Part shown: positions 15,218 to 23,344 of the stretch, in pieces | Layout of the letters: each line of letters begins with the position of its first letter | Numbering within the stretch: position 1 is the first letter of the stretch | Virus record (IMG/VR): IMGVR_UViG_3300042300_000672 | Location: 1-25,260 of that record | Direction: 5' to 3' (one strand) | Source of the DNA: a virus | Lineage: Duplodnaviria; Caudoviricetes | DNA: 25,260 nt | Notes under the pieces: generated by a model | Told to the model about the DNA's origin: nothing | Databases searched by the model: none | Seen by the model: the letters and a program-made list of their open reading frames with translations, nothing else | Translations under genes and position numbers: made by a program

Positions 15218-15907
15218 ATGAGCATCACCGTCACCAAGCAGCAAGCCGCCGAGCGTTACGTCTTAGGCAATGACACTAGCACGGGAACCATCCCCGCCTT
15301 CGGAAGCCGCGACAGCGTGTTGCTGAAGAACGACACAGCCTCCGATCAAACGTGGACGGCCTATGGCTCCGACACGGTGGACGGCCTCACCAGCATCGTT
15401 CTTGGGCCTTACGGGGCCGTTGAGCTTATTCGCGGCCTTACGGAATGGAAGTTTGTTAGCTCCTTTGAGCGGCTGAATAGCAACAGCTACACGAATACGG
15501 CTTATGGTGCGGGAACGGTTTATACGTTAACTAACACGGCTGCGGCTGTGGATTTTGGGACAACTGACCCGGCTATTGTGTTGGCGCAAGCTGGCACCTA
15601 TCTTCTTTTTGGCCAAGTGCATCTGGCTTATGCCGGGGCTACGGTAGTTGCGGAGACGGCTACGTTGAAGGTGCGGCGGACCAACAACACCGCTGCTGAC
15701 CTTTCGGCTGTTGTTGTCATTGACTTGCCGGTGGCTACGACGCTCACGAACAGCTACGGCATCGTTTCCATCCCACCCTTTGTTTACACGACCACGGCGG
15801 TGGATGACGCGGTGACGCTGTTTGCCAACGTGTCGGCTGGCTTGGGAGTTGGCACCATCACGGCTACGGCCATTGGCACTTCAATTGTTGCCTATCGTAT
15901 TGAGTGA
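15218..15907 (+). CDS. Virion structural protein with C1q/BclA-like C-terminal beta-sandwich (head fibre candidate)
   Basis: Thr/Ala/Val-rich; IVLAQAGTYLLFGQV matches the C1q/BclA strand pattern. Confidence 0.6.
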   Translation: MSITVTKQQAAERYVLGNDTSTGTIPAFGSRDSVLLKNDTASDQTWTAYGSDTVDGLTSIVLGPYGAVELIRGLTEWKFVSSFERLNSNSYTNTAYGAGTVYTLTNTAAAVDFGTTDPAIVLAQAGTYLLFGQVHLAYAGATVVAETATLKVRRTNNTAADLSAVVVIDLPVATTLTNSYGIVSIPPFVYTTTAVDDAVTLFANVSAGLGVGTITATAIGTSIVAYRIE

Positions 15908-16119
15908 TGACTCAGGACGAGAAGGACTTAGACCATCTTGGGCATATTGAGGCGTTCCAACGCTTTATGTCCCAAGTGCATGTTTCCCGCGAGACCGCTA
16001 TTGGCGACTTGCGGGGTGCTACCACCGACCAGGTGCAGCAGATTGCGGGCAGGATCCAGGCTTACGATGACATCCTTCGCTATGGCGATTGGGAGAACAT
16101 CCGTAGGCGGATGAAATAG
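15907..16119 (+). CDS. Small helical protein of the portal-scaffold interval, 70 aa
   Basis: TGATG overlap; QIAGRIQAYDDIL motif and position typical of podoviral head modules. Confidence 0.7.
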   Translation: MTQDEKDLDHLGHIEAFQRFMSQVHVSRETAIGDLRGATTDQVQQIAGRIQAYDDILRYGDWENIRRRMK

Positions 16120-16194
16120 GCGGGCGGGTCGTTAATCCGCTACCCTGCAAAGGGCCATCTGGCACGGGTACGAGTTCTACGTGCTGCCGCCTAT
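16116..16194 (+). ncRNA. Cloverleaf-like four-way-junction RNA candidate
   Basis: Closing stem ATAGGCGG/CCGCCTAT with arms GCGG/CCGC, CCCT-GCAA-AGGG and GCACG/CGTGC. Confidence 0.45.
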
Positions 16195-16288
16195 AACGCC
16201 CAAAGTGGCGAAGATGTGCTGTCTGTCAAGCATATACCCTACAATGGCCCCATCGCAGTCGCCATGGCGTTAAGTTGGCGGAACAAAT

Positions 16289-17374
16289 ATGTCTGAACCA
16301 GAATCAAGGTCCACCGCTACGGCCCCAGAAAAAGTAGTGAAAACAGATAACATGTCTGAGGGTGATTTCATCCAACGACGACTCGCCGGTAAGGGTACTG
16401 CGAAAGCAGAATCTGAGGCCGAAAAGCAGAAGGAGGCGGAATCCACGGAGAAGGCTGAAAAGCCAGAAGCCGAGGGGGAAGCGCCGGAAGCTACGAAACA
16501 GGACGTTCTTTCAAAAGCTAAGTCTGGAAACTTAGACGACCTTTCGGAAGATGAGCTTAGTCAACTGGCTAAGTCCATCGGAAGTAAGGCGGTGGCTCGC
16601 TACGGTGAGCTAACGGCAAAGCGAAAAGCAGCCGAGGAGCGCGTGCGCCTCTTGGAAGGCGAGCTTGCCCGTCGAAGTGATACCACTGTTAAAGCGATAG
16701 AAGAGGTGAAGGACAACCCGTTTGCGTCCATCAAGGATGCGGCTGGGCTCTCCGAAAAGGCCAAAGAGATTAAGGAAGTGATTGAGTTTGCAGAAATGCG
16801 GCTTGATGACTCCTCCGACATTGGCCCCGACGACATCGCTGCTACGGTGGACGGCAAGGAGTATACGAAGCGTCAGCTACGAGAGACGTTGCGCCGCGCC
16901 CGCAAAGCTCGTGATGAGTATTTGCCGGATGTGGAACGACGTATTTCGGTTGTGGAAAACAGCAAGAGATTGCGTGTCACCATGGACGAGCAGACGCGGA
17001 AGGAAATTCCTTGGCTGGAAGATGTTAACGACGAAAGGAAGAAGCAATATGATGCCATCATTGCCGACCCGCGCCTCAAGAAACTTGAGGAGTTCGCGCC
17101 CGACATTGCTGCGCAGTTGCCCTATTTCTTCGCCCACGCCTCTAACAGCATCTATGGACGCAAGGAGATTGCCCTGTCGGAAACGACGCCGGGTAAGAAA
17201 CCTAGTTCACGGCCACCTGAAAATCCTGAGTCTGGTGCGGCTGCAAGCCGTAAGCCGGAAAGCGTCCAGACCAAGCAGATAGGGGAACTTCAGTCCAAGT
17301 TCAAAGCGAGTGGTGATAAGGGCGATTGGCTCAAACTCCGTACAGCACAAATCTCAAAACGTAAAGTTCTCTAA
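16289..17374 (+). CDS. Capsid scaffolding protein
   Basis: Acidic low-complexity N-terminus and coiled coils; directly upstream of the major capsid gene. Confidence 0.8.
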   Translation: MSEPESRSTATAPEKVVKTDNMSEGDFIQRRLAGKGTAKAESEAEKQKEAESTEKAEKPEAEGEAPEATKQDVLSKAKSGNLDDLSEDELSQLAKSIGSKAVARYGELTAKRKAAEERVRLLEGELARRSDTTVKAIEEVKDNPFASIKDAAGLSEKAKEIKEVIEFAEMRLDDSSDIGPDDIAATVDGKEYTKRQLRETLRRARKARDEYLPDVERRISVVENSKRLRVTMDEQTRKEIPWLEDVNDERKKQYDAIIADPRLKKLEEFAPDIAAQLPYFFAHASNSIYGRKEIALSETTPGKKPSSRPPENPESGAAASRKPESVQTKQIGELQSKFKASGDKGDWLKLRTAQISKRKVL

Positions 17375-17385
17375 CACCGCCTACC

Positions 17386-18369
17386 ATGGCTTTTTCAAAC
17401 ACATACGATACCACCAACCCCGGCTCTGGGGTTAGCAACCGCGAGGATCTCCTCGACGTTATTACGACTCTTGCCCCGCAAGATACGCCTATCCTCTCGA
17501 TGGCCCCGAAGCGTAAAGCTACGGCGACCTTCCACGAGTGGACCGTTGACAGCCTGGCTTCTGTCTCGACTACGGGCGTCTCCGAAGGTTCGGATGTCAC
17601 CGCGTTCACCGACAAGTTCTCTGGCCGTGCGCGTTTGGGCAATTATGTCCAGAAGCTTCGCCGGTCTTTCATGGTGAGCGACTTGCAACAGGCCGTTGAT
17701 AGCGTCGGTCCAGCTAAGATTGCTCAGGCTGAGATGAAGGCTGTCAAAGAACTGAAGCGCGACATCGAGGCCACCATCTGCTCTACCAATGACCGCTCGG
17801 CGGAAAATGGTGGCGGTACGGCCTACGGGCTGCGTGGTCTGGGCGACTGGATTGATAGCGGCGGTCCTTCGGATGTTCCTGCGGCGTTCCGCACTCCTTC
17901 GGGCAGCATTCACGCTTCCGGCACGTTCACCGAAACCGTCCTTAACGGCCTGATCACCTCGATCTACCGCGTGAACGGCATGGCGAACGACCTGACGCTG
18001 GTGGCTGACACCGCGCTTCGGGCTGTCATCGCTGACTTCGCTCGCACCTCTGGCAGCACCAACACGGTGTATCGCCAGATTCAGCAGAGCGCGGACAGCG
18101 CGACGATCAAGCTCACCGTGGATTTCTACGAGTCCGACAACGGCATCGTGTCCATCGTGAACATGAATCCTGATTGCGCTCCTGACACCTCGGCCAAGGA
18201 CACCGGCTACATCCTCAACCCCGATTACATGGGCGTTGCGGACCTGATTGCCCTTGGTAGCTCCCGCGTCCCGAATCTGGGTGGCGGCGACCGTGGCTTT
18301 GTGGACTGGACCGGCACGCTTGAGGTGCTGCACCCCGGTGCGCACGGCAAGATCACCGTTCTCACCTAA
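17386..18369 (+). CDS. Major capsid protein (DUF5309/SU10-like)
   Basis: NREDLLDVI...P.DTPILS...ATATFHEWTVDSL...EGSD...GNYVQ...KELKRDIE; strong codon bias. Confidence 0.92.
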   Translation: MAFSNTYDTTNPGSGVSNREDLLDVITTLAPQDTPILSMAPKRKATATFHEWTVDSLASVSTTGVSEGSDVTAFTDKFSGRARLGNYVQKLRRSFMVSDLQQAVDSVGPAKIAQAEMKAVKELKRDIEATICSTNDRSAENGGGTAYGLRGLGDWIDSGGPSDVPAAFRTPSGSIHASGTFTETVLNGLITSIYRVNGMANDLTLVADTALRAVIADFARTSGSTNTVYRQIQQSADSATIKLTVDFYESDNGIVSIVNMNPDCAPDTSAKDTGYILNPDYMGVADLIALGSSRVPNLGGGDRGFVDWTGTLEVLHPGAHGKITVLT

Positions 18370-18388
18370 CCCTTAGACGATCACTAAC

Positions 18389-18823
18389 ATGGCTAAACTT
18401 AGCATTAACGAATCCGCCAATTCATTTTGGACGGATGTTGTCATCCTTGACTTCAATGATCTGATCTCCATCGGCAACGGTGGCCAGCGCACGATTGCGT
18501 CCATGCCCGCGAATAGCGCGTTGGAAGCGGCGTGTGTCTGGAAGATTACGGCGGCGGCGGGTAGCACCTCGGTGGTGTTCGATGTCGGCACCACGGCGGG
18601 CGACCCTGACGAGTTCATTGACGCGCTGGATGCGGACGGCATGACCGCCCCCATCTTCAACACGGGCGACCAGTTCACGTCGAATTACAGCAAATTCGTG
18701 TCGGGCACGGCTTCTGCCGTTCCGGTGCTGTTTGAGGTGAACGATGCGGCTGTTACCTCGTTAACCGCCGGCAAGTGGGGTGTTGCTCTGCGAATCATCA
18801 ACCTGTCGCAGTATAACGACTAG
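18389..18823 (+). CDS. Probable capsid decoration/cement protein
   Basis: Co-transcribed with the capsid gene before a terminator; beta-rich, DVGTTAGDPDEFIDALD. Confidence 0.65.
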   Translation: MAKLSINESANSFWTDVVILDFNDLISIGNGGQRTIASMPANSALEAACVWKITAAAGSTSVVFDVGTTAGDPDEFIDALDADGMTAPIFNTGDQFTSNYSKFVSGTASAVPVLFEVNDAAVTSLTAGKWGVALRIINLSQYND

Positions 18824-18848
18824 TTGTAAGCAAGTAGGATAGAATCAT

Positions 18849-18882
18849 GGGGCATAGGGCTTCGGCCTTGTGCCCCTTTTTT
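18849..18882 (+). terminator. Rho-independent terminator after the capsid genes
   Basis: GGGGCATAGGGC-TTCG-GCCTTGTGCCCC-TTTTTT. Confidence 0.9.
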
Positions 18883-18883
18883 C

Positions 18884-19192
18884 ATGGAAATTATCATCCC
18901 GCCCAAGAGGTTTAGTGTTGGCGACCGCTGGAAGGCCATTGAGCGCGAGTTCCGCACGGGGATCGAGCTAAAGAAGGCAACGGAGGCCAAACGCGAGGCT
19001 GTAGCCCGTCAGTCGGCACAGGAGATGCGGGGGGCTGGCAAAGTGGCTGGATTGGGCAGGAATGTGGGTGTAATGCCCGATTGGGAGTTCTTCCGGCTTG
19101 TGCAGAAGTATGGGCACAAGGAAGTGCATTCCCGTGGGTTCTTGAAATACTTCCAGAAGAAACACCCTGATTTGGCAGTTCATAAGCTCTAA
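18884..19192 (+). CDS. Hypothetical protein, 102 aa, between capsid and adaptor
   Basis: TAATG-coupled to the next gene; basic. Confidence 0.75.
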   Translation: MEIIIPPKRFSVGDRWKAIEREFRTGIELKKATEAKREAVARQSAQEMRGAGKVAGLGRNVGVMPDWEFFRLVQKYGHKEVHSRGFLKYFQKKHPDLAVHKL

Positions 19193-20055
19193 TGCAAAGC
19201 GGAACATACGCCGACCTTTTAATCAGGATTCGCGCCTTAGCCGGTGTGGATGCCTTTACGACAAACGAAGACACGCTGATTAACAGCTTTATCAACCGGC
19301 GGGGCTACCAAGCCTATCGGGAGAGCGACACCTGGGCGCGATTCATCGTGGCTGCGGAGGCCCGTCCCGGCCCCCTAAACATTGTCCCATTCAGCTACAC
19401 GGCATCTAGCGGCAACCGCACCATCTCTACGGCCACCCGCAGCGGAACCACGGTGACGGTGACGACTACGGCAGACCTAGACGGGGACGTCGTTTCGGGC
19501 CAATATGTCACCATCGCCAGCCTGTCCTACTCGACGGCCAACCCTAATGGGGTGCAGCAGATTAGCGTGAGCGATGATGCGGTGTTCACTTTTGAACTTT
19601 CTGACGACTCGCTGACGGGCACGGAAACCTACACCGGCACGGGCACTGTGGTCCCGGTGGCCCTAAACGACGTTGACACCTTCATCCGCGTGTTCAACGC
19701 CTTCCCCTACAACCTCAATGGTGCCGGGGAATACACGTTTTACGTCCAAAGCGACGGGTGCCACGTTGTGGGCAATTCCACGGAAGCTGCTGGCTTTTGG
19801 GTGTGTTACAAGAAGCAGTGGGATGGTCCCTACGACGCTACGACGAACACGGACGTTCCCCTAGAGTTCTTTAACTACATGGCCCACGCCACGTATGCGG
19901 ATTTTCTGCGCATGGACGGGCAGGTGGATAAGGCTCTGATCGAGGAACAGGTGGCCAAGGAATACCTCTCCATGGAGCTTATCAAGCCGCAGAATCAGGC
20001 CAACGGACAGCTTCTTTCCCGCTTTCAGTCTCACGGCAGTCGTCAAAGTCGTTAA
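19192..20055 (+). CDS. Probable head-tail adaptor with an inserted beta-domain
   Basis: Helical N-terminus (TYADLLIRIRALAG...FINR) and C-terminus (VPLEFFNYMAHATYADFLR); synteny. Confidence 0.7.
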   Translation: MQSGTYADLLIRIRALAGVDAFTTNEDTLINSFINRRGYQAYRESDTWARFIVAAEARPGPLNIVPFSYTASSGNRTISTATRSGTTVTVTTTADLDGDVVSGQYVTIASLSYSTANPNGVQQISVSDDAVFTFELSDDSLTGTETYTGTGTVVPVALNDVDTFIRVFNAFPYNLNGAGEYTFYVQSDGCHVVGNSTEAAGFWVCYKKQWDGPYDATTNTDVPLEFFNYMAHATYADFLRMDGQVDKALIEEQVAKEYLSMELIKPQNQANGQLLSRFQSHGSRQSR

Positions 20056-20082
20056 ACCGCATAGTGTAAAATCACCTTTAAT

Positions 20083-20667
20083 ATGGGCCAAGCCACCGTA
20101 AATCTCCAGAACCTCGGGCAGAAGGTATCTACCAGCAACCCCCTTCCGGTGCTTGCCGTTGCCCCAACGTCGGCCAGCACAGCGGGTTATTCCGCCGCTG
20201 CGTCCAAAACGCGGCCAAATGACACCACGGCCTATGCCGCCCTAGATGTTATTGCCGAAAGCGACTCTGCGGGCACCGTATGGACGTTTACAGGGGTTGG
20301 ACCTTCTGGCGGCGGCAAGGTGATTGTTGACGCCATGACGTTAGAAATCGACATTGCGTCCATCCCATCGGGAATGGGTGCGTTTCGGCTCCACCTTTAT
20401 TCTACGAGCCCTACGGCCATCAACGACAACACGGCGTTCAACCTTCCTTCTGGTGATCGAGCTAAATACCTTGGCTACGTAGAAACACCCACCCCCATCG
20501 ACCTTGGGGCCACCCTTTGGAGCGAAACCGAGAGCATGAGCTTCCCGGTGCGCAAACAGGTGACTTTGGCATCCAGCACCGTTTATGGCATCTTGCAGAC
20601 GGTGGCTGCGTTCACTCCAGCGGCGCAAACGGTAAAAAGCGTTACCCTGCATTCAGTGGGGGTCTAA
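20083..20667 (+). CDS. Virion structural protein, 194 aa
   Basis: SNPLPV and TRPNDTTAYAALDVI...FRLHLY...DNTAF motifs of a common phage structural family. Confidence 0.7.
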   Translation: MGQATVNLQNLGQKVSTSNPLPVLAVAPTSASTAGYSAAASKTRPNDTTAYAALDVIAESDSAGTVWTFTGVGPSGGGKVIVDAMTLEIDIASIPSGMGAFRLHLYSTSPTAINDNTAFNLPSGDRAKYLGYVETPTPIDLGATLWSETESMSFPVRKQVTLASSTVYGILQTVAAFTPAAQTVKSVTLHSVGV

Positions 20668-21993
20668 ATGACTCCCGCCGTAAGAGCACTGCTGGAACGA
20701 GACACGTTCTCGCCTTATCGCGTGGCCGGCCTAGCCGCCAGATACGACATCTCGCGCCTCGACTCCCTCGTCTACGACGGGTCCAACCGGGTGCAGCTCG
20801 TGGGGGATTTGAGCGGGAATAGTGCGGTGAATGGGCTGGTGTTGAATGGGGTGGCGGGGAATTACGCGTCCGCGCCGGATAGTGCAGCGGTGAGTATCAC
20901 GGGCGACATTGATCTTAGGGTATTGGTCAATCCCAGCACATTGGCAACTGGCTCATCGGTGATCTCTAAGCTCGCAAGCGGCGGCGGTGCGTATTTGCTC
21001 CGACTTGCCACCACCTCTATTATTTTCGACCACTGGGACAGCGGGGGAACCCAACGCTCCGCGACGATTGCCGGAGCAGCGTTGACCGGGGTTTTGCAGT
21101 GGGTGAGGGTGACAATGGCGGTCGCCACTGGCGCCCGCACCGCTTATACTTCACCCGACGGCGTTACATGGACGCAGTATGGAAGTACCAGCACCCTCGG
21201 GGCTACTAGCATTAGGGACACAACCGACATTATCGAGGTGGGCTCGCGGTCCAATGGCGTGGCCGAACTAGTTACCGGCATCATCTACCGCGCCCAAATC
21301 TACAGCGGCATCGCTGGCACGCTGGTCTTCGACGCCAACTTTACCGGCGCTGCGAAGCTCGCCACCTCCTTCACCGAGTCCAGCAGCAACGCGGCGACCG
21401 TCACGATCAACACCACCGGAGCCCTCGGTGCCCGCATCTGCGGCGCACGCGATCTGGTGCAAATGACGGTGGCCAACCAGCCGGTGCTGACGATTGCGTC
21501 GGGCGGCAACTACCTCACCTTCGACGGCTCGAACGACTACCTGAAGGCGGCTTCATTTAGCCTGAGCCAGCCGGAGAGCGTTTATTTTACGGGGAGTCAG
21601 GTGGCGTGGGGTGCAAATCTTGCCCTGTGCGACGGCAACACGTTCGACACCCTGCGTATCGTCCAGTCCGATGCATCCACAGACCTTCGCATCCGTTGCG
21701 GCAGCAGCGAACCAGCGGGCACGGAAATTCAACTGCCGCTTGGGACTCGGGGTGTTTTGACCGCAATATACAATACGACCGCATCTTCGCTTCGGCTTAA
21801 CAACGGCGCGGTCAACGTGGGCACGGTGGGCGCGGCGACCCCCAGCGGATTTACACTAGCTTCGCGTGATGACGGCGCTGGTCCCTCCAACATCACCGTC
21901 TCCGAAATCATCATCCGTTCCGCCGCCGACTCGACGCCGCTGCAATCGCGCATCGCGTCCTACCTGATCCGCAAGTGGCGCATCACCCCATGA
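20668..21993 (+). CDS. LamG/concanavalin-like tail or receptor-binding protein
   Basis: DLSGN...Q.T.ANQP...LTFDGSNDYL...ISEIII framework plus an internal GNYASAPDSAAVSITGDIDLRV LamG-like domain. Confidence 0.7.
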   Translation: MTPAVRALLERDTFSPYRVAGLAARYDISRLDSLVYDGSNRVQLVGDLSGNSAVNGLVLNGVAGNYASAPDSAAVSITGDIDLRVLVNPSTLATGSSVISKLASGGGAYLLRLATTSIIFDHWDSGGTQRSATIAGAALTGVLQWVRVTMAVATGARTAYTSPDGVTWTQYGSTSTLGATSIRDTTDIIEVGSRSNGVAELVTGIIYRAQIYSGIAGTLVFDANFTGAAKLATSFTESSSNAATVTINTTGALGARICGARDLVQMTVANQPVLTIASGGNYLTFDGSNDYLKAASFSLSQPESVYFTGSQVAWGANLALCDGNTFDTLRIVQSDASTDLRIRCGSSEPAGTEIQLPLGTRGVLTAIYNTTASSLRLNNGAVNVGTVGAATPSGFTLASRDDGAGPSNITVSEIIIRSAADSTPLQSRIASYLIRKWRITP

Positions 21994-22274
21994 GCACCCC
22001 CCGCCAATACATGATGGCCCGCTCCTACGACGCCGCCCTCGCGCTCGACGCCCGTGTGTGCGCTTTCCTGCGAGAGCGCGATGGCAGCAGGGGGTCTCAG
22101 TGGGCCGGCGTTAGCGTGCGAGACGATGGCCGTTTCGGCGTGTTTTTCTCCCAAGAGTGCGTCGATGCGCTAGGCGACAACCTGCCCAAGCTCGACAACG
22201 AGGTGTTTACTGATGGCGTGTCTAATTGGGCCAACTACGTTCCCCCGGCCCCCGACCCCGAAAGGCCGTTGTGA
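21990..22274 (+). CDS. Hypothetical protein, 94 aa (possible tail-fibre partner)
   Basis: ATGA overlap at 21990; follows the LamG protein. Confidence 0.65.
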   Translation: MSTPRQYMMARSYDAALALDARVCAFLRERDGSRGSQWAGVSVRDDGRFGVFFSQECVDALGDNLPKLDNEVFTDGVSNWANYVPPAPDPERPL

Positions 22275-22714
22275 ACGCGTTGCGCATTTTGCTCGTGATG
22301 GCGCTGGCTCTTGCGGGCTGCTCCAAGCGCGACAATGAAGGGCGCCGCCCCACCTCCTCGCTGCACAAAGCCACGGCCTACGCGGTCGCACTCCACGCCG
22401 CCGCAGCCATCAAAGCGCAGGTGTATGAGGTCACCGAGACGCACAGCATGGAGCCCATCCTGTTTGGCAACATCTACGTGCTGGCGGAGCCGGTGCAGAT
22501 TGCCGGCGTCAAGGTGGGCGACATCATCCTCTGGCGCAAAATGCCGGGGCAAATCCCCCGCCTTCATCAGGTTTATTCCAACAACGGCATCCGGCTGGGC
22601 GTGGCTGGCGCCAACAATTACAGCAACGACAACACGGAGTCCTCGTTCATCACGGATGCTGACCTTGTGGGGCGCTACGTCGGCCACGTTGTCTTTGACC
22701 CTGCCACACGATGA
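22271..22714 (+). CDS. Lipoprotein with S26 (SipW/Sec11-type) signal-peptidase-like domain, 147 aa
   Basis: GTG start (GTGA overlap): MNALRILLVMALALAGC lipobox, then THSMEP, VKVGDII, RLHQV, AGANNYSND and LVGRY. Confidence 0.7.
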   Translation: MNALRILLVMALALAGCSKRDNEGRRPTSSLHKATAYAVALHAAAAIKAQVYEVTETHSMEPILFGNIYVLAEPVQIAGVKVGDIILWRKMPGQIPRLHQVYSNNGIRLGVAGANNYSNDNTESSFITDADLVGRYVGHVVFDPATR

Positions 22715-23145
22715 ACGTCGTAGATATGCTCTTTAACGCAGCCGGAGGGGGCATTGTAGGCTCCCTTTTGCACCTTGGCACGGGCATATTTGAGACTTGG
22801 CGCAAGAAGAAAGACGCCGAGGTGGAAATCATGCTTATGCAGGCCAAGACGGAATCTGCCGAGAAGGCGGCGGCCTGGGATGCCTTTGCCCGTTCACAGC
22901 AATCTCAGGCTCCTTTCGCCGTGCCCACGGGCGTTAGCCCGCTTATGGCCAACATTTTTACCGCCGTAGAGGCATTTAAGACGTTCACTCGCCCCGGCCT
23001 TACGTGGGCGCTTTTGTCCATATTGGTCTATGTTTTCTCGGCTTCCCCAGAATATGCGCGGCAACAAATGCTGGGAGAAATTACCTTTGGCGCATTCACG
23101 GCGCTTTTCTGGTGGTTTGGTAGCCGTTACTCAACAAAACGATGA
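22711..23145 (+). CDS. Holin-like membrane protein (3TM/GTA holin type)
   Basis: N-terminal hydrophobic segment, coiled stretch, TRPGLTW and FWWFGSR motifs. Confidence 0.75.
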   Translation: MNVVDMLFNAAGGGIVGSLLHLGTGIFETWRKKKDAEVEIMLMQAKTESAEKAAAWDAFARSQQSQAPFAVPTGVSPLMANIFTAVEAFKTFTRPGLTWALLSILVYVFSASPEYARQQMLGEITFGAFTALFWWFGSRYSTKR

Positions 23146-23324
23146 TCAAGGAGCACCCAATTACTATTTCAAGCATCGGGGCCGTTTCCGGATGGTTTTC
23201 CGTAAGTTTGGTGCAAACGGCCCAATTTGCGGCTGCTTTTCTAGCCGCCCTTGTGTCTTTGTGCGCCCTTATTTTGGTTGCTCCCAAAGCAATCCGAGAG
23301 GTTCGCCGTTGGTTTAAGCAGTAA
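23142..23324 (+). CDS. Small two-TM membrane protein (holin/antiholin-like)
   Basis: 60 aa, hydrophobic with a basic C-terminus; ATGA-coupled. Confidence 0.65.
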   Translation: MIKEHPITISSIGAVSGWFSVSLVQTAQFAAAFLAALVSLCALILVAPKAIREVRRWFKQ

Positions 23325-23344
23325 ATGATAGGGTAGAATAAGCT

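Noticed and set aside
16116-16194. Canonical tRNA gene
   Set aside because: No GTTCRA T-loop, 7-nt anticodon loop or CCA; kept only as a structured-RNA candidate.
17395-18345. 316-aa antisense ORF over the capsid gene
   Set aside because: Shadow ORF expected from strong codon bias; no recognisable motifs.
21570-21993. DGR variable region in the tail protein
   Set aside because: No template repeat or reverse transcriptase seen in the window.
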